Source: Eledone cirrhosa
Taxonomy: Eukaryota
DNA: 64,000 nt
Direction of reading: 5' to 3'
NCBI GenBank assembly: GCA_964016885.1
Contig: OZ024741.1
Coordinates: forward strand, 248,930,001-248,994,000
The translations under genes were made by a program, and so were the position numbers. Numbering within the stretch: the stretch's first letter is position 1; each line of letters starts with the position of its first letter. The notes beneath the pieces are model-generated. The model ran no database searches. It was not told the origin of the DNA and was given only the letters and a program-made list of their open reading frames with translations. Shown here piece by piece: positions 35,901 to 48,300 of this stretch.

Positions 35901-38640
35901 AAAAAAATCAGGGGGAGATAATTTGTAAAAAAAATCAGGGGGAGATAATTTGTAAAAAAAATCAGGGGTAGATAATTTCCAGCCGTCCAAGGGGAGATAA
36001 TTTCCAGCCGTCCAAGGGGAGATAATTTGTAAAAAATATCAAGGGGAGATAATTTCCAGCCCTCCAAGGGGCTATAATTTCCAGCCGTGCAAGGGGAGAT
36101 AATTTCCAGCCGTCCAAGGGGAGATAATTTCCATCCTTCCAAGGGGAGATAATTTCCAGCCGTCCAAGGGGAGATAATTTCCCGCCAGCCAAGGAGAGAT
36201 AATATTTAAAAAAATCAGGCGGAGATAATTTGTAAAAAAAATCAGGGGGAGATAATTTGTAAAAAAATCAGGGGGAGATAATTTGTAAAAAAAAATCAGG
36301 GGGAGATAATTTACAAAAAAAATCAGGGGGAGATAATTTGTAAAAAAAAATCAGGGGTAGATAATTTGTAAAAAAAATCAGGGGGAGATAATTTCCAGCC
36401 GTCCAAGGGGAGATAATTTTCAGCCGTCCAAGGAGAGGTAATTTCTAGCCGTCCAAGGGGAGATAATTTCCAGCCGTCCAAGGGGAGATAATTTTTTTAA
36501 AAAAATCAGGCGGAGATAATTTGTAAACAAAAATCAGGGGGAGAGAATTTGTAAAAAAAAATCAGGGGGAGATAATTTGTAAAAAAAAATCAGGGGGAGA
36601 TAATTTGTAAAAAAAATCAAGGGGAGATAATTTCCAGCCGTCCAAGGGGAGGTAATATCTAGCCATCCAAGGGGAGATAATTTCCAGCCGTCCAAGGGGA
36701 GATAATTTCCAGCCGTCCAAGGGGAGATAATATCCAGCCGTCCAAGGAGACATATTTTCCAGCCGTCCAAGGAGACGTAATTTCTAGCCGTCCAAGGGGA
36801 GATAAGTTCCAGCCTCCAAGGGGAGATAATTTCCAGCCAGCCAAAGGGAGATAATTTGTAAAAAAATTAGGGGGAGATAATTTGTAAAAAAAAATTAGAG
36901 GAAGATAATTTGTAAAAAAAAATCAGGGGGAGATAATTTGTAAAAAAAAATCAGGGGGAGATAATTTGTAAAAAAAATCAAGGGGAGATAATTTCCAGCC
37001 GTCCAAGGGGAGATAATTTTTAAAAAAAAATCAGGCGGAGATAATTTGTAAACAAAAATCAGGGGGAGATAATTTTAAAAAAAAAATCAGGGGCAGATAA
37101 TTTGTAAAAAAAAATCAGGGGGAGATAATTTGTAAAAAAAATCAAGGGGAGATAATTTCCAGCCGTCCAATCTAGCCATCCAAGGGGAGATAATTTCCAG
37201 CCGTCCAAGGGGAGATAATTTCCAGCCGTCCAAGGGGAGATAATATCCAGCCGTCCAAGGAGACATATTTTCCAGCCGTCCAAGGAGAGGTAATTTCTAG
37301 CCGTCCAAGGGGAGATAAGTTCCAGCCTCCAAGGGGAGATAATTTCCAGCCAGCCAAGGGGAGATAATTTGTAAAAAAATCAGGGGGGAGATAATTTGTA
37401 AAAAAAATCAGGGGGAGATAATTTGAAAAAAAAATCAGGGGGAGATAATTTGTAAAAAATATCAAGGGGAGATAATTTCCAGCCCTCCAAGGGGCTATAA
37501 TTTCCAGCCGTGCAAGGGGAGATAATTTCCAGCCGTCCAAGGGGAGATAATTTCCATCCTTCCAAGGGGAGATAATTTCCAGCCGTCCAAGGGGAGATAA
37601 TTTCCCGCCAGCCAAGGGAAGATAATTTTTTAAAAAATCAGGCGGAGATTGTAAAAAAAATCAGGGGGAGATAATTTGTAAAAAAATCAGGGGGAGATAA
37701 TTTGTAAAAAAAAAATCAGGGGGAGATAATTTGTAAAAAAAAATCAGGGGGAGATAATTTGTAAAAAAAATCAGGGGTGATAATTTGTAAAAAAATCAGG
37801 GGTAGATAATTTGTAAAAAAAATCAGGGGGAGATAATTTGTAAAAAAAATCAGGGGGAGATAATTTGTAAAAAAAATCAGGGGTAGATAATTTTCAGCCG
37901 TCCAAGGGGAGATAATTTCCATCCTTCCAAGGGGAGATAATTTCCAGCCGTCCAAGGGGAGATAATTTCCCGCCAGCCAAGGAGAGATAACATTTAAAAA
38001 AATCAGGCGGAGATAATTTGTAAAAAAATCAGGGGGAGATAATTTGTAAAAAAAATCAGGGGTAGATAATTTTCAGCCGTCCAAGGGGAGATAATTTCCA
38101 TCCTTCCAAGGGGAGATAATTTCCAGCCGTCCAAGGGGAGATAATTTCCCGCCAGCCAAGGAGAGATAACATTTAAAAAAATCAGGGGGAGATAATTTGT
38201 AAAAAAAATCAGGGGGAGATAATTCGTAAAAAAAAATCAGGGGGAGATAATTTGTAAAAAAAAATCAGGGGTAGATAATTTGTAAAAAAAAATCAGGGGG
38301 AGATAATTTGTAAAAAAAAAATCAGGGGGAGATAATTTGTAAAAAAATCAAGGGGAGATAATTTCCAGCCGTCCAAGGGGAGATAATTTTCAGCCGTCCA
38401 AGGAGAGGTAATTTCTAGCCGTCCAAGGGGAGATAATTTCCAGCCGTCCAAGGGGAGATAATTTTTTTTTAAAAATCAGGCGGAGATAATTTGTAAACAA
38501 AAATCAGGGGGAGATAATTTGTAAAAAAAAATCAGGGGGAGATAATTTGTAAAAAAAAATCAGGGGGAGATAATTTGTAAAAAAAATCAAGGGGAGATAA
38601 TTTGTAAAAAAAAATCAGGGGTAGATAATTTGTAAAAAAA
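29990..38640 (+). repeat. About three successive imperfect copies of a ~2.9-3.3-kb higher-order unit (M2-M3-[M2 variant]-M3-M4-M1-M1-M2)
   Basis: M3+M4 ORF at 31048, 34282 and 37172 (spacing 3234 and 2890). gagagaattt and ggagacgtaa variants at ~30300/30540, 33565/33770 and 36540/36775. Confidence 0.75.
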
Positions 38641-41600
38641 AATCAGGGGGAGATAATTTGTAAAAAAAAAATCAGGGGGAGATAATTTGTAAAAAAATCA
38701 AGGGGAGATAATTTCCAGCCGTCCAAGGGGAGATAATTTTCAGCCGTCCAAGGAGAGGTAATTTCTAGCCGTCCAAGGGGAGATAATTTCCAGCCAGCCA
38801 AGGGGAGATAATTTGTAAAAAAATCAGGAGTAGATAATTTGTAAAAAAAAATCAGGGGGAGATAATTTGTAAAAAAAATCAGGGGGAGATAATTTGTAAA
38901 AAAAATCAGGGGTAGATAATTTCCAGCCGTCCAAGGGGAGATAATTTCCATCCTTCCAAGGGGAGATAATTTCCAGCCGTCCAAGGGGAGATAATTTCCC
39001 GCCAGCCAAGGAGAGATAACATTTAAAAAAATCAGGCGGAGATAATTTGTAAAAAAAATCAGGGGGAGATAATTTGTAAAAAAATCAGGGGGAGATAATT
39101 TGTAAAAAAAATCAGGGGTAGATAATTTCCAGCCGTCCAAGGGGAGATAATTTCCATCCTTCCAAGGGGAGATAATTTCCAGCCGTCCAAGGGGAGATAA
39201 TTTCCCGCCAGCCAAGGAGAGATAATATTTAAAAAAATCAGTCGGAGATAATTTGTAAAAAAAATCAGGGGGAGATAATTTGTAAAAAAATCAGGGGGAG
39301 ATAATTTGTAAAAAAAAATCAGGGGAGATAATTTGTAAAAAAAATCAGGGGGAGATAATTTGTAAAAAAATATCAGGGGTAGATAATTTGTAAAAAAAAA
39401 TCAGGGGGAGATAATTTGTAAAAAAAAAATCAGGGGGAGATAATTTGTAAAAAAATCAAGGGGAGATAATTTCCAGCCGTCCAAGGGGAGATAATTTTCA
39501 GCCGTCCAAGGAGGTAATTTCTAGCCGTCCAAGGGGAGATAATTTCCAGCCGTCCAAGGGGAGATAATATCCAGCCATCCAAGGGGAGATAATATCCAGC
39601 CGTCCAAGGAGACATATTTTCCAGCCGTCCAAGGAGAGGTAATTTCTAGCCGTCCAAGGGGAGATAAGTTCCAGCCTCCAAGGGGAGAAAATTTCCAGCC
39701 AGCCAAGGGGAGATAATTTGTAAAAAAATCAGGGGGAGATAATTTGTAAAAAAAATCAAGGGGAGATAATTTCCAGCCGTCCAAGGGGAGGTAATATCTA
39801 GCCATCCAAGGGGAGATAATTTCCAGCCGTCCAAGGGGAGATAATTTCCAGCCGTCCAAGGGGAGATAATATCCAGCCGTCCAAGGAGACATATTTTCCA
39901 GCCGTCCAAGGAGAGGTAATTTCTAGCCGTCCAAGGGGAGATAAGTTCCAGCCTCCAAGGGTAGAAAATTTCCAGCCAGCCAAGGGGAGATAATTTGTAA
40001 AAAAATCAGGGGGAGATAATTTGTAAAAAAAAAATCAGGGGGAGATAATTTGTAAAAAAATCAGGGGGAGATAATTTGTAAAAAAAAAATTAGGGGGAGA
40101 TAATTTGTAAAAAAAATCAGGGGGAGATAATTTGTAGAAAAAGCAGGGGTAGATAATTTGTAAAAAAAATCAGGGGGAGATAATTTGTAAAAAAAATCAG
40201 GGGGAGATAATTTGTAAAAAAAATCAGGGGTAGATAATTTTCAGCCGTCCAAGGGGAGATAATTTCCATCCTTCCAAGGGGAGATAATTTCCAGCCGTCC
40301 AAGGGGAGATAATTTCCCGCCAGCCAAGGAGAGATAACATTTAAAAAAATCAGGCGGAGATAATTTGTAAAAAAAATCAGGGGGAGATAATTTGTAAAAA
40401 AATCAGGGGGAGATAATTTGTAAAAAAAATCAGGGGTAGATAATTTCCAGCCGTCCAAGGGGAGATAATTTCCATCCTTCCAAGGGGAGATAATTTCCAG
40501 CCGTCCAAGGGGAGATAATTTCCCGCCAGCCAAGGAGAGATAATATTTAAAAAAATCAGGCGGAGATAATTTGTAAAAAAAATCAGGGGGAGATAATTTG
40601 TAAAAAAATCAGGGGGAGATAATTTGTAAAAAAAAAATCAGGGGGAGATAATTTGTAAAAAAAATCAGGGGTAGATAATTTGTAAAAAAAAATCAGGGGG
40701 AGATAATTTGTAAAAAAAATCAGGGGGAGATAATTTGTAAAAAAAATCAGGGGTAGATAATTTCCAGCCGTCCAAGGGGAGATAATTTCCATCCTTCCAA
40801 GGGGAGATAATTTCCAGCCGTCCAAGGGGAGATAATTTCCCGCCAGCCAAGTAGAGATAATATTTAAAAAAATCAGGCGGAGATAATTTGTAAAAAAAAT
40901 CAGGGGGAGATAATTTGTAAAAAAAAAATCAGGGCGAGATAATTTGTAAAAAAAAATCAGGGGGAGATAATTTGTAAAAAAAAATCAGGGGGAGATAATT
41001 TGTAAAAAAAATCAGGGGTAGATAATTTGTAAAAAAAATCAGGGGGAGATAATTTGTAAAAAAAATCAGGGGGAGATAATTTGTAAAAAAAATCAAGGGG
41101 AGATAATTTGCAGCCGTCCAAGGGGAGATAATTTTCAGCCGTCCAAGGGGAGATAATTTTTAAAGAAAAATCAGACGGAGATAATTTGTAAAAAAAAAAT
41201 CAGGGGGAGATAATTTGTAAAAAAAAATCAGGGGGAGATAATTTGTAAAAAAAGATCAGGGGTAGATAATTTGTAAAAAAAATCAAGGGGAGATAATTTC
41301 CAGCCGTCCAAGGGAAGATAATTTCCAGCCCTCCAAGGGGCTATAATTTCCAGCGTCCAACGGGAGATAATTTCCAGCCAGCGAAGAGGAGATAATTTTT
41401 TTTTAAAAATCATTGGGAGATTTGTAAAAAAAATCAGGGGGAGATAATTTGTAAAAAAAATCAGGGGTAGATAATTTGTAAAAAAAAATCAGGGGGAGAT
41501 AATTTGTAAAAAAAAAATCAGGGGGAGATAATTTGTAAAAAATTCAAGGGGAGATAATTTCCAGCCGTCCAAGGGGAGATAATTTAAAAAAAAAAATCAG

Positions 41601-42270
41601 GCGGAGATAATTTGTAAACAAAAATCAGGGGGAGATAATTTGTAAAAAAAAATCAGGGGGAGATAATTTGTAAAAAAAAATCAGGGGGATATAATTTGTA
41701 AAAAAAATCAAGGGGAGATAATTTCCAGCCGTCCAAGGGGAGGTAATATCTAGCCATCCAAGGGGAGATAATTTCCAGCCGTCCAAGGGGAGATAATTTC
41801 CAGCCGTCCAAGGGGAGATAATATCCAGCCGTCCAAGGAGACATATTTTCCAGCCGTCCAATGAGAGGTAATTTCTAGCCGTCCAAGGGGAGATAAGTTC
41901 CAGCCTCCAAGGGGAGATAATTTCCAGCCAGCCAAGGGGAGATAATTTGTAAAAAAATCAGGGGGAGATAATTTGTAAAAAAAATCAGGGGGAGATAATT
42001 TGTAAAAAAAAATCAGGGGAGATAATTTGTAAAAAAAAATCAGGGGGAGATAATTTGTAAAAAAAAATCAGGGGGAGATAATTTGTAAAAAAAATCAAGG
42101 GGAGATAATTTCCAGCCGTCCAAGGGGAGATAATTTTCAGCCGTCCAAGGAGAGGTAAATTCTAGCCGTCCAAGGAGAGATAATTTCCAGCCGTCCAAGG
42201 TGAGATCATTTCCAGCCGTCCAAGGGGAGATAATTTTTTAAAAAAAATCAGGCGCAGATAAGTTGTAATT
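37060..42270 (+). repeat. Copy of ~20140-25435 (offset ~16906, then 16831)
   Basis: ORF pairs 20266/37172, 21736/38643, 22523/39430, 23677/40583, 24397/41228, 24794/41625. Shared gagaaaattt, gggtagaaaa and cattgggag variants. Confidence 0.85.
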
Positions 42271-42304
42271 AAAAATCACTGGGAGATTTGTAAAAAAAAT
42301 CAGG

Positions 42305-45300
42305 GGGAGATAATTTTCAGCCGTCCAAGGGGAGATAATTTCCATCCTTCCAAGGGGAGATAATTTCCAGCCGTCCAAGGGGAGATAATTTCCCGCCAGC
42401 CAAGGAGAGATAACATTTAAAAAAATCAGGCGGAGATAATTTGTAAAAAAATCAGGGGGAGATAATTTGTAAAAAAAATCAGGGGTAGATAATTTTCAGC
42501 CGTCCAAGGGGAGATAATTTCCATCCTTCCAAGGGGAGATAATTTCCAGCCGTCCAAGGGGAGATAATTTCCCGCCAGCCAAGGAGAGATAACATTTAAA
42601 AAAATCAGGGGGAGATAATTTGTAAAAAAAAATCAGGGGGAGATAATTCGTAAAAAAAATCAGGGGGAGATAATTTGTAAAAAAAAATCAGGGGTAGATA
42701 ATTTGTAAAAAAAAATCAGGGGGAGATAATTTGTAAAAAAAAAATCAGGGGGAGATAATTTGTAAAAAAATCAAGGGGAGATAATTTCCAGCCGTCCAAG
42801 GGGAGATAATTTTCAGCCGTCCAAGGAGAGGTAATTTCTAGCCGTCCAAGGGGAGATAATTTCCAGCCGTCCAAGGGGAGATAATTTTTTTAAAAAAATC
42901 AGGCGGAGATAATTTGTAAACAAAAATCAGGGGGAGATAATTTGTAAAAAAAAATCAGGGGGAGATAATTTGTAAAAAAAAATCAGGGGGAGATAATTTG
43001 TAAAAAAAATCAAGGGGAGATAATTTGTAAAAAAAAATCAGGGGTAGATAATTTGTAAAAAAAAATCAGGGGGAGATAATTTGTAAAAAAAAAATCAGGG
43101 GGAGATAATTTCCAGCCGTCCAAGGGGAGATAATTTTCAGTCGTCCAAGGAGAGGTAATTTCTAGCCGTCCAAGGGGAGATAATTTCCAGCCAGCCAAGG
43201 GGAGATAATTTGTAAAAAAATCAGGGGTAGATAATTTGTAAAAAAAAATCAGGGGGAGATAATTTGTAAAAAAAATCAGGGGGAGATAATTTGTAAAAAA
43301 AATCAGGGGGAGATAATTTGTAAAAAAAATCAGGGGTAGATAATTTTCAGCCGTCCAAGGGGAGATAATTTCCATCCTTCCAAGGGGAGATAATTTCCAG
43401 CCGTCCAAGGGGAGATAATTTCCCGCCAGCCAAGGAGAGATAACATTTAAAAAAATCAGGCGGAGATAATTTGTAAAAAAAATCAGGGGGAGATAATTTG
43501 TAAAAAAATCAGGGGGAGATAATTTGTAAAAAAAATCAGGGGTAGATAATTTCCAGCCGTCCAAGGGGAGATAATTTCCATCCTTCCAAGGGGAGATAAT
43601 TTCCAGCCGTCCAAGGGGAGATAATTTCCCGCCAGCCAAGGAGAGATAATATTTAAAAAAATCAGGCGGAGATAATTTGTAAAAAAAATCAGGGGGAGAT
43701 AATTTGTAAAAAAATCAGGGGGAGATAATTTGTAAAAAAAATCAGGGGGAGATAATTTGTAAAAAAAATCAGGGGGAGATAATTTGTAAAAAAAATCAGA
43801 GGTAGATAATTTGTAAAAAAAAATCAGGGGGAGATAATTTGTAAAAAAAAAATCAGGGGGAGATAATTTGTAAAAAAATCAAGGGGAGATAATTTCCAGC
43901 CGTCCAAGGGGAGATAATTTTCAGCCGTCCAAGGAGAGGTAATTTCTAGCCGTCCAAGGGGAGATAATTTCCAGCCGTCCAAGGGGAGATAATTTGTAAA
44001 AAAAAATCAGGGGGAGATAATTTGTAAAAAAAAATCAGGGGGAGATAATTTGTAAAAAAAATCAAGGGGAGATAATTTCCAGCCGTCCAAGGGGAGGTAA
44101 TATCTAGCCATCCAAGGGGAGATAATTTCCAGCCGTCCAAGGGGAGATAATTTCCAGCCGTCCAAGGGGAGATAATATCCAGCCGTCCAAGGAGACATAT
44201 TTTCCAGCCGACCAAGGAGAGGTAATTTCTAGCCGTCCAAGGGGAGATAAGTTCCAGCCTCCAAGGGGAGATAATTTCCAGCCAGCCAAGGGGAGATAAT
44301 TTGTAAAAAAATCAGGGGGAGATAATTTGTAAAAAAAAAATCAGGGGGAGATAATTTGTAAAAAAATCAGGGGGAGATAATTTGTAAAAAAAAAATCAGG
44401 GGGAGATAATTTGTAAAAAAAATCAGGGGGAGATAATTTGTAAAAAAAATCAGGGGTAGATAATTTGTAAAAAAAATCAGGGGGAGATAATTTGTAAAAA
44501 AAATCAGGGGGAGATAATTTGTAAAAAAAATCAGGGGTAGATAATTTTCAGCCGTCCAAGGGGAGATAATTTCCATCCTTCCAAGGGGAGATAATTTCCA
44601 GCCGTCCAAGGGGAGATAATTTCCCGCCAGCCAAGGAGAGATAACATTTAAAAAAATCAGGCGGAGATAATTTGTAAAAAAAATCAGGGGGAGATAATTT
44701 GTAAAAAAATCAGGGGGAGATAATTTGTAAAAAAAATCAGGGGTAGATAATTTCCAGCCGTCCAAGGGGAGATAATTTCCATCCTTCCAAGGGGAGATAA
44801 TTTCCAGCCGTCCAAGGGGAGATAATTTCCCGCCAGCCAAGGAGAGATAATATTTAAAAAAATCAGGCGGAGATAATTTGTAAAAAAAATCAGGGGGAGA
44901 TAATTTGTAAAAAAATCAGGGGGAGATAATTTGTAAAAAAAAATCAGGGGTAGATAATTTGTAAAAAAAAATCAGGGGGAGATAATTTGTAAAAAAAAAT
45001 CAGGGGGAGATAATTTGTAAAAAAATCAAGGGGAGATAATTTCCAGCCGTCCAAGGGGAGATAATTTTCAGCCGTCCAAGGAGAGGTAATTTCTAGCCGT
45101 CCAAGGGGAGATAATTTCCAGCCGTCCAAGGGGAGATAATTTTTTTAAAAAAATCAGGCGGAGATAATTTGTAAACAAAAATCAGGGGGAGAGAATTTGT
45201 AAAAAAAAATCAGGGGGAGATAATTTGTAAAAAAATCAAGGGGAGATAATTTCCAGCCGTCCAAGGGGAGATAATTTTCAGCCGTCCAAGGAGAGGTAAT

Positions 45301-48300
45301 TTCTAGCCGTCCAAGGGGAGATAATTTCCAGCCGTCCAAGGGGAGATAATTTTTTTAAAAAAATCAGGCGTAGATAATTTGTAAACAAAAATCAGGGGGA
45401 GATAATTTGTAAAAAAAAATCAGGGGGAGATAATTTGTAAAAAAAAATCAGGGGGAGATAATTTGTAAAAAAAATCAAGGGGAGATAATTTGTAAAAAAA
45501 AATCAGGGGTAGATAATTTGTAAAAAAAAATCAGGGGGAGATAATTTGTAAAAAAAAAATCAGGGGGAGATAATTTGTAAAAAAATCAAGGGGAGATAAT
45601 TTCCAGCCGTCCAAGGGGAGATAATTTTCAGCCGTCCAAGGAGAGGTAATTTCTAGCCGTCCAAGGGGAGATAATTTCCAGCCAGCCAAGGGGAGATAAT
45701 TTGTAAAAAAATCAGGGGTAGATAATTTGTAAAAAAAAATCAGGGGGAGATAATTTGTAAAAAAAATCAGGGGGAGATAATTTGTAAAAAAAATCAGGGG
45801 GAGATAATTTGTAAAAAAAATCAGGGGTAGATAATTTTCAGCCGTCCAAGGGGAGATAATTTCCATCCTTCCAAGGGGAGATAATTTCCAGCCGTCCAAG
45901 GGGAGATAATTTCCCGCCAGCCAAGGAGAGATAACATTTAAAAAAATCAGGCGGAGATAATTTGTAAAAAAAATCAGGGGGAGATAATTTGTAAAAAAAT
46001 CAGGGGGAGATAATTTGTAAAGAAAATCAGGGGTAGATAATTTCCAGCCGTCCAAGGGGAGATAATTTCCATCCTTCCAAGGGGAGATAATTTCCAGCCG
46101 TCCAAGGGGAGATAATTTCCCGCCAGCCAAGGAGAGATAATATTTAAAAAAATCAGGCGGAGATAATTTGTAAAAAAAATCAGTGGGAGATAATTTGTAA
46201 AAAAATCAGGGGGAGATAATTTGTAAAAAAAAATCAGGGGGAGATAATTTGTTAAAAAAATCAGGGGGAGATAATTTGTAAAAAAAATCAGGGGTAGATA
46301 ATTTGTAAAAAAAAATCAGGGGGAGATAATTTGTAAAAAAAAAATCAGGGGGAGATAATTTGTAAAAAAATCAAGGGGAGATAATTTCCAGCCGTCCAAG
46401 GGGAGATAATTTTCAGCCGTCCAAGGAGAGGTAATTTCTAGCCGTCCAAGGGGAGATAATTTCCAGCCGTCCAAGGGGAGATAATTTTTTTAAAAAAATC
46501 AGGCGGAGATAATTTGTAAACAAAAATAAGGGGGAGATAATTTGTAAAAAAAAATCAGGGGGAGATAATTTGTAAAAAAAAATCAGGGGGAGATAATTTA
46601 TAAAAAAAATCAAGGGGAGATAATTTCCAGCCGTCCAAGGGGAGGTAATATCTAGCCATCCAAGGGGAGATAATTTCCAGCCGTCCAAGGGGAGATAATT
46701 TCCAGCCGTCCAAGGGGAGATAATATCCAGCCGTCCAAGGAGACATATTTTCCAGCCGACCAAGGAGAGGTAATTTCTAGCCGTCCAAGGGGAGATAAGT
46801 TCCAGCCTCCAAGGGGAGATAATTTCCAGCCAGCCAAGGGGAGATAATTTGTAAAAAAATCAGGGGGAGATAATTTGTAAAAAAAAAATCAGGGGGAGAT
46901 AATTTGTAAAAAAATCAGGGGGAGATAATTTGTAAAAAAAAAATCAGGGGGAGATAATTTGTAAAAAAAATCAGGGGTAGATAATTTGTAAAAAAATCAG
47001 GGGGAGATAATTTGTAAAAAAATCAGGGGGAGATAATTTGTAAAAAAAAATCAGGGGGAGATAATTTGTAAAAAAAATCAGGGGTAGATAATTTGTAAAA
47101 AAAATCAGGGGGAGATAATTTGTAAAAAAAATCAGGGGGAGATAATTTGTAAAAAAAATCAGGGGTAGATAATTTTCAGCCGTCCAAGGGGAGATAATTT
47201 CCATCCTTCCAAGGGGAGATAATTTCCAGCCGTCCAAGGGGAGATAATTTCCCGCCAGCCAAGGAGAGATAACATTTAAAAAAATCAGGCGGAGATAATT
47301 TGTATAAAAAATCAGGGGGAGATAATTTGTAAAAAAATCAGGGGGAGATAATTTGTAAAAAAAATCAGGGGTAGATAATTTCCAGCCGTCCAAGGGGAGA
47401 TAATTTCCATCCTTCCAAGGGGAGATAATTTCCAGCCGTCCAAGGGGAGATAATTTCCCGCCAGCCAAGGAGAGATAATATTTAAAAAAATCAGGCGGAG
47501 ATAATTTGTAAAAAAAATCAGGGGGAGATAATTTGTAAAAAAATCAGGGGGAGATAATTTGTAAAAAAAAATCAGGGGGAGATAATTTGTAAAAAAAATC
47601 AGGGGTAGATAATTTGTAAAAAAAAATCAGGGGTAGATAATTTGTAAAAAAAAATCAGGGGGAGATAATTTGTAAAAAAAAATCAGGGGGAGATAATTTG
47701 TAAAAAAATCAAGGGGAGATAATTTCCAGCCGTCCAAGGGGAGATAATTTTCAGCCGTCCAAGGAGAGGTAATTTCTAGCCGTCCAAGGGGAGATAATTT
47801 CCAGCCGTCCAAGGGGAGATAATTTTTTTAAAAAAATCAGGCGGAGATAATTTGTAAACAAAAATCAGGGGGAGAGAATTTGTAAAAAAAAATCAGGGGG
47901 AGATAATTTGTAAAAAAAAATCAGGGGGAGATAATTTGTAAAAAAAATCAAGGGGAGATAATTTCCAGCCGTCCAAGGGGAGATAATTTCCAGCCGTCCA
48001 AGGGGAGATAATATCCAGCCGTCCAAGGAGACATATTTTCCAGCCGTCCAAGGAGATGTAATTTCTAGCCGTCCAAGGGGAGATAAGTTACAGGTTCCAA
48101 GGGGAGATAATTTCCAGCCAGCCAAAGGGAGATAATTTGTAAAAAAATTAGGGGGAGATAATTTGTAAAAAAAAATTAGGGGGAGATAATTTGTAAAAAA
48201 AAATCAGGGGGAGATAATTTGTAAAAAAAAATCAGGGGGAGATAATTTGTAAAAAAAATCAAGGGGAGATAATTTCCAGCCGTCCAAGGGGAGATAATTT

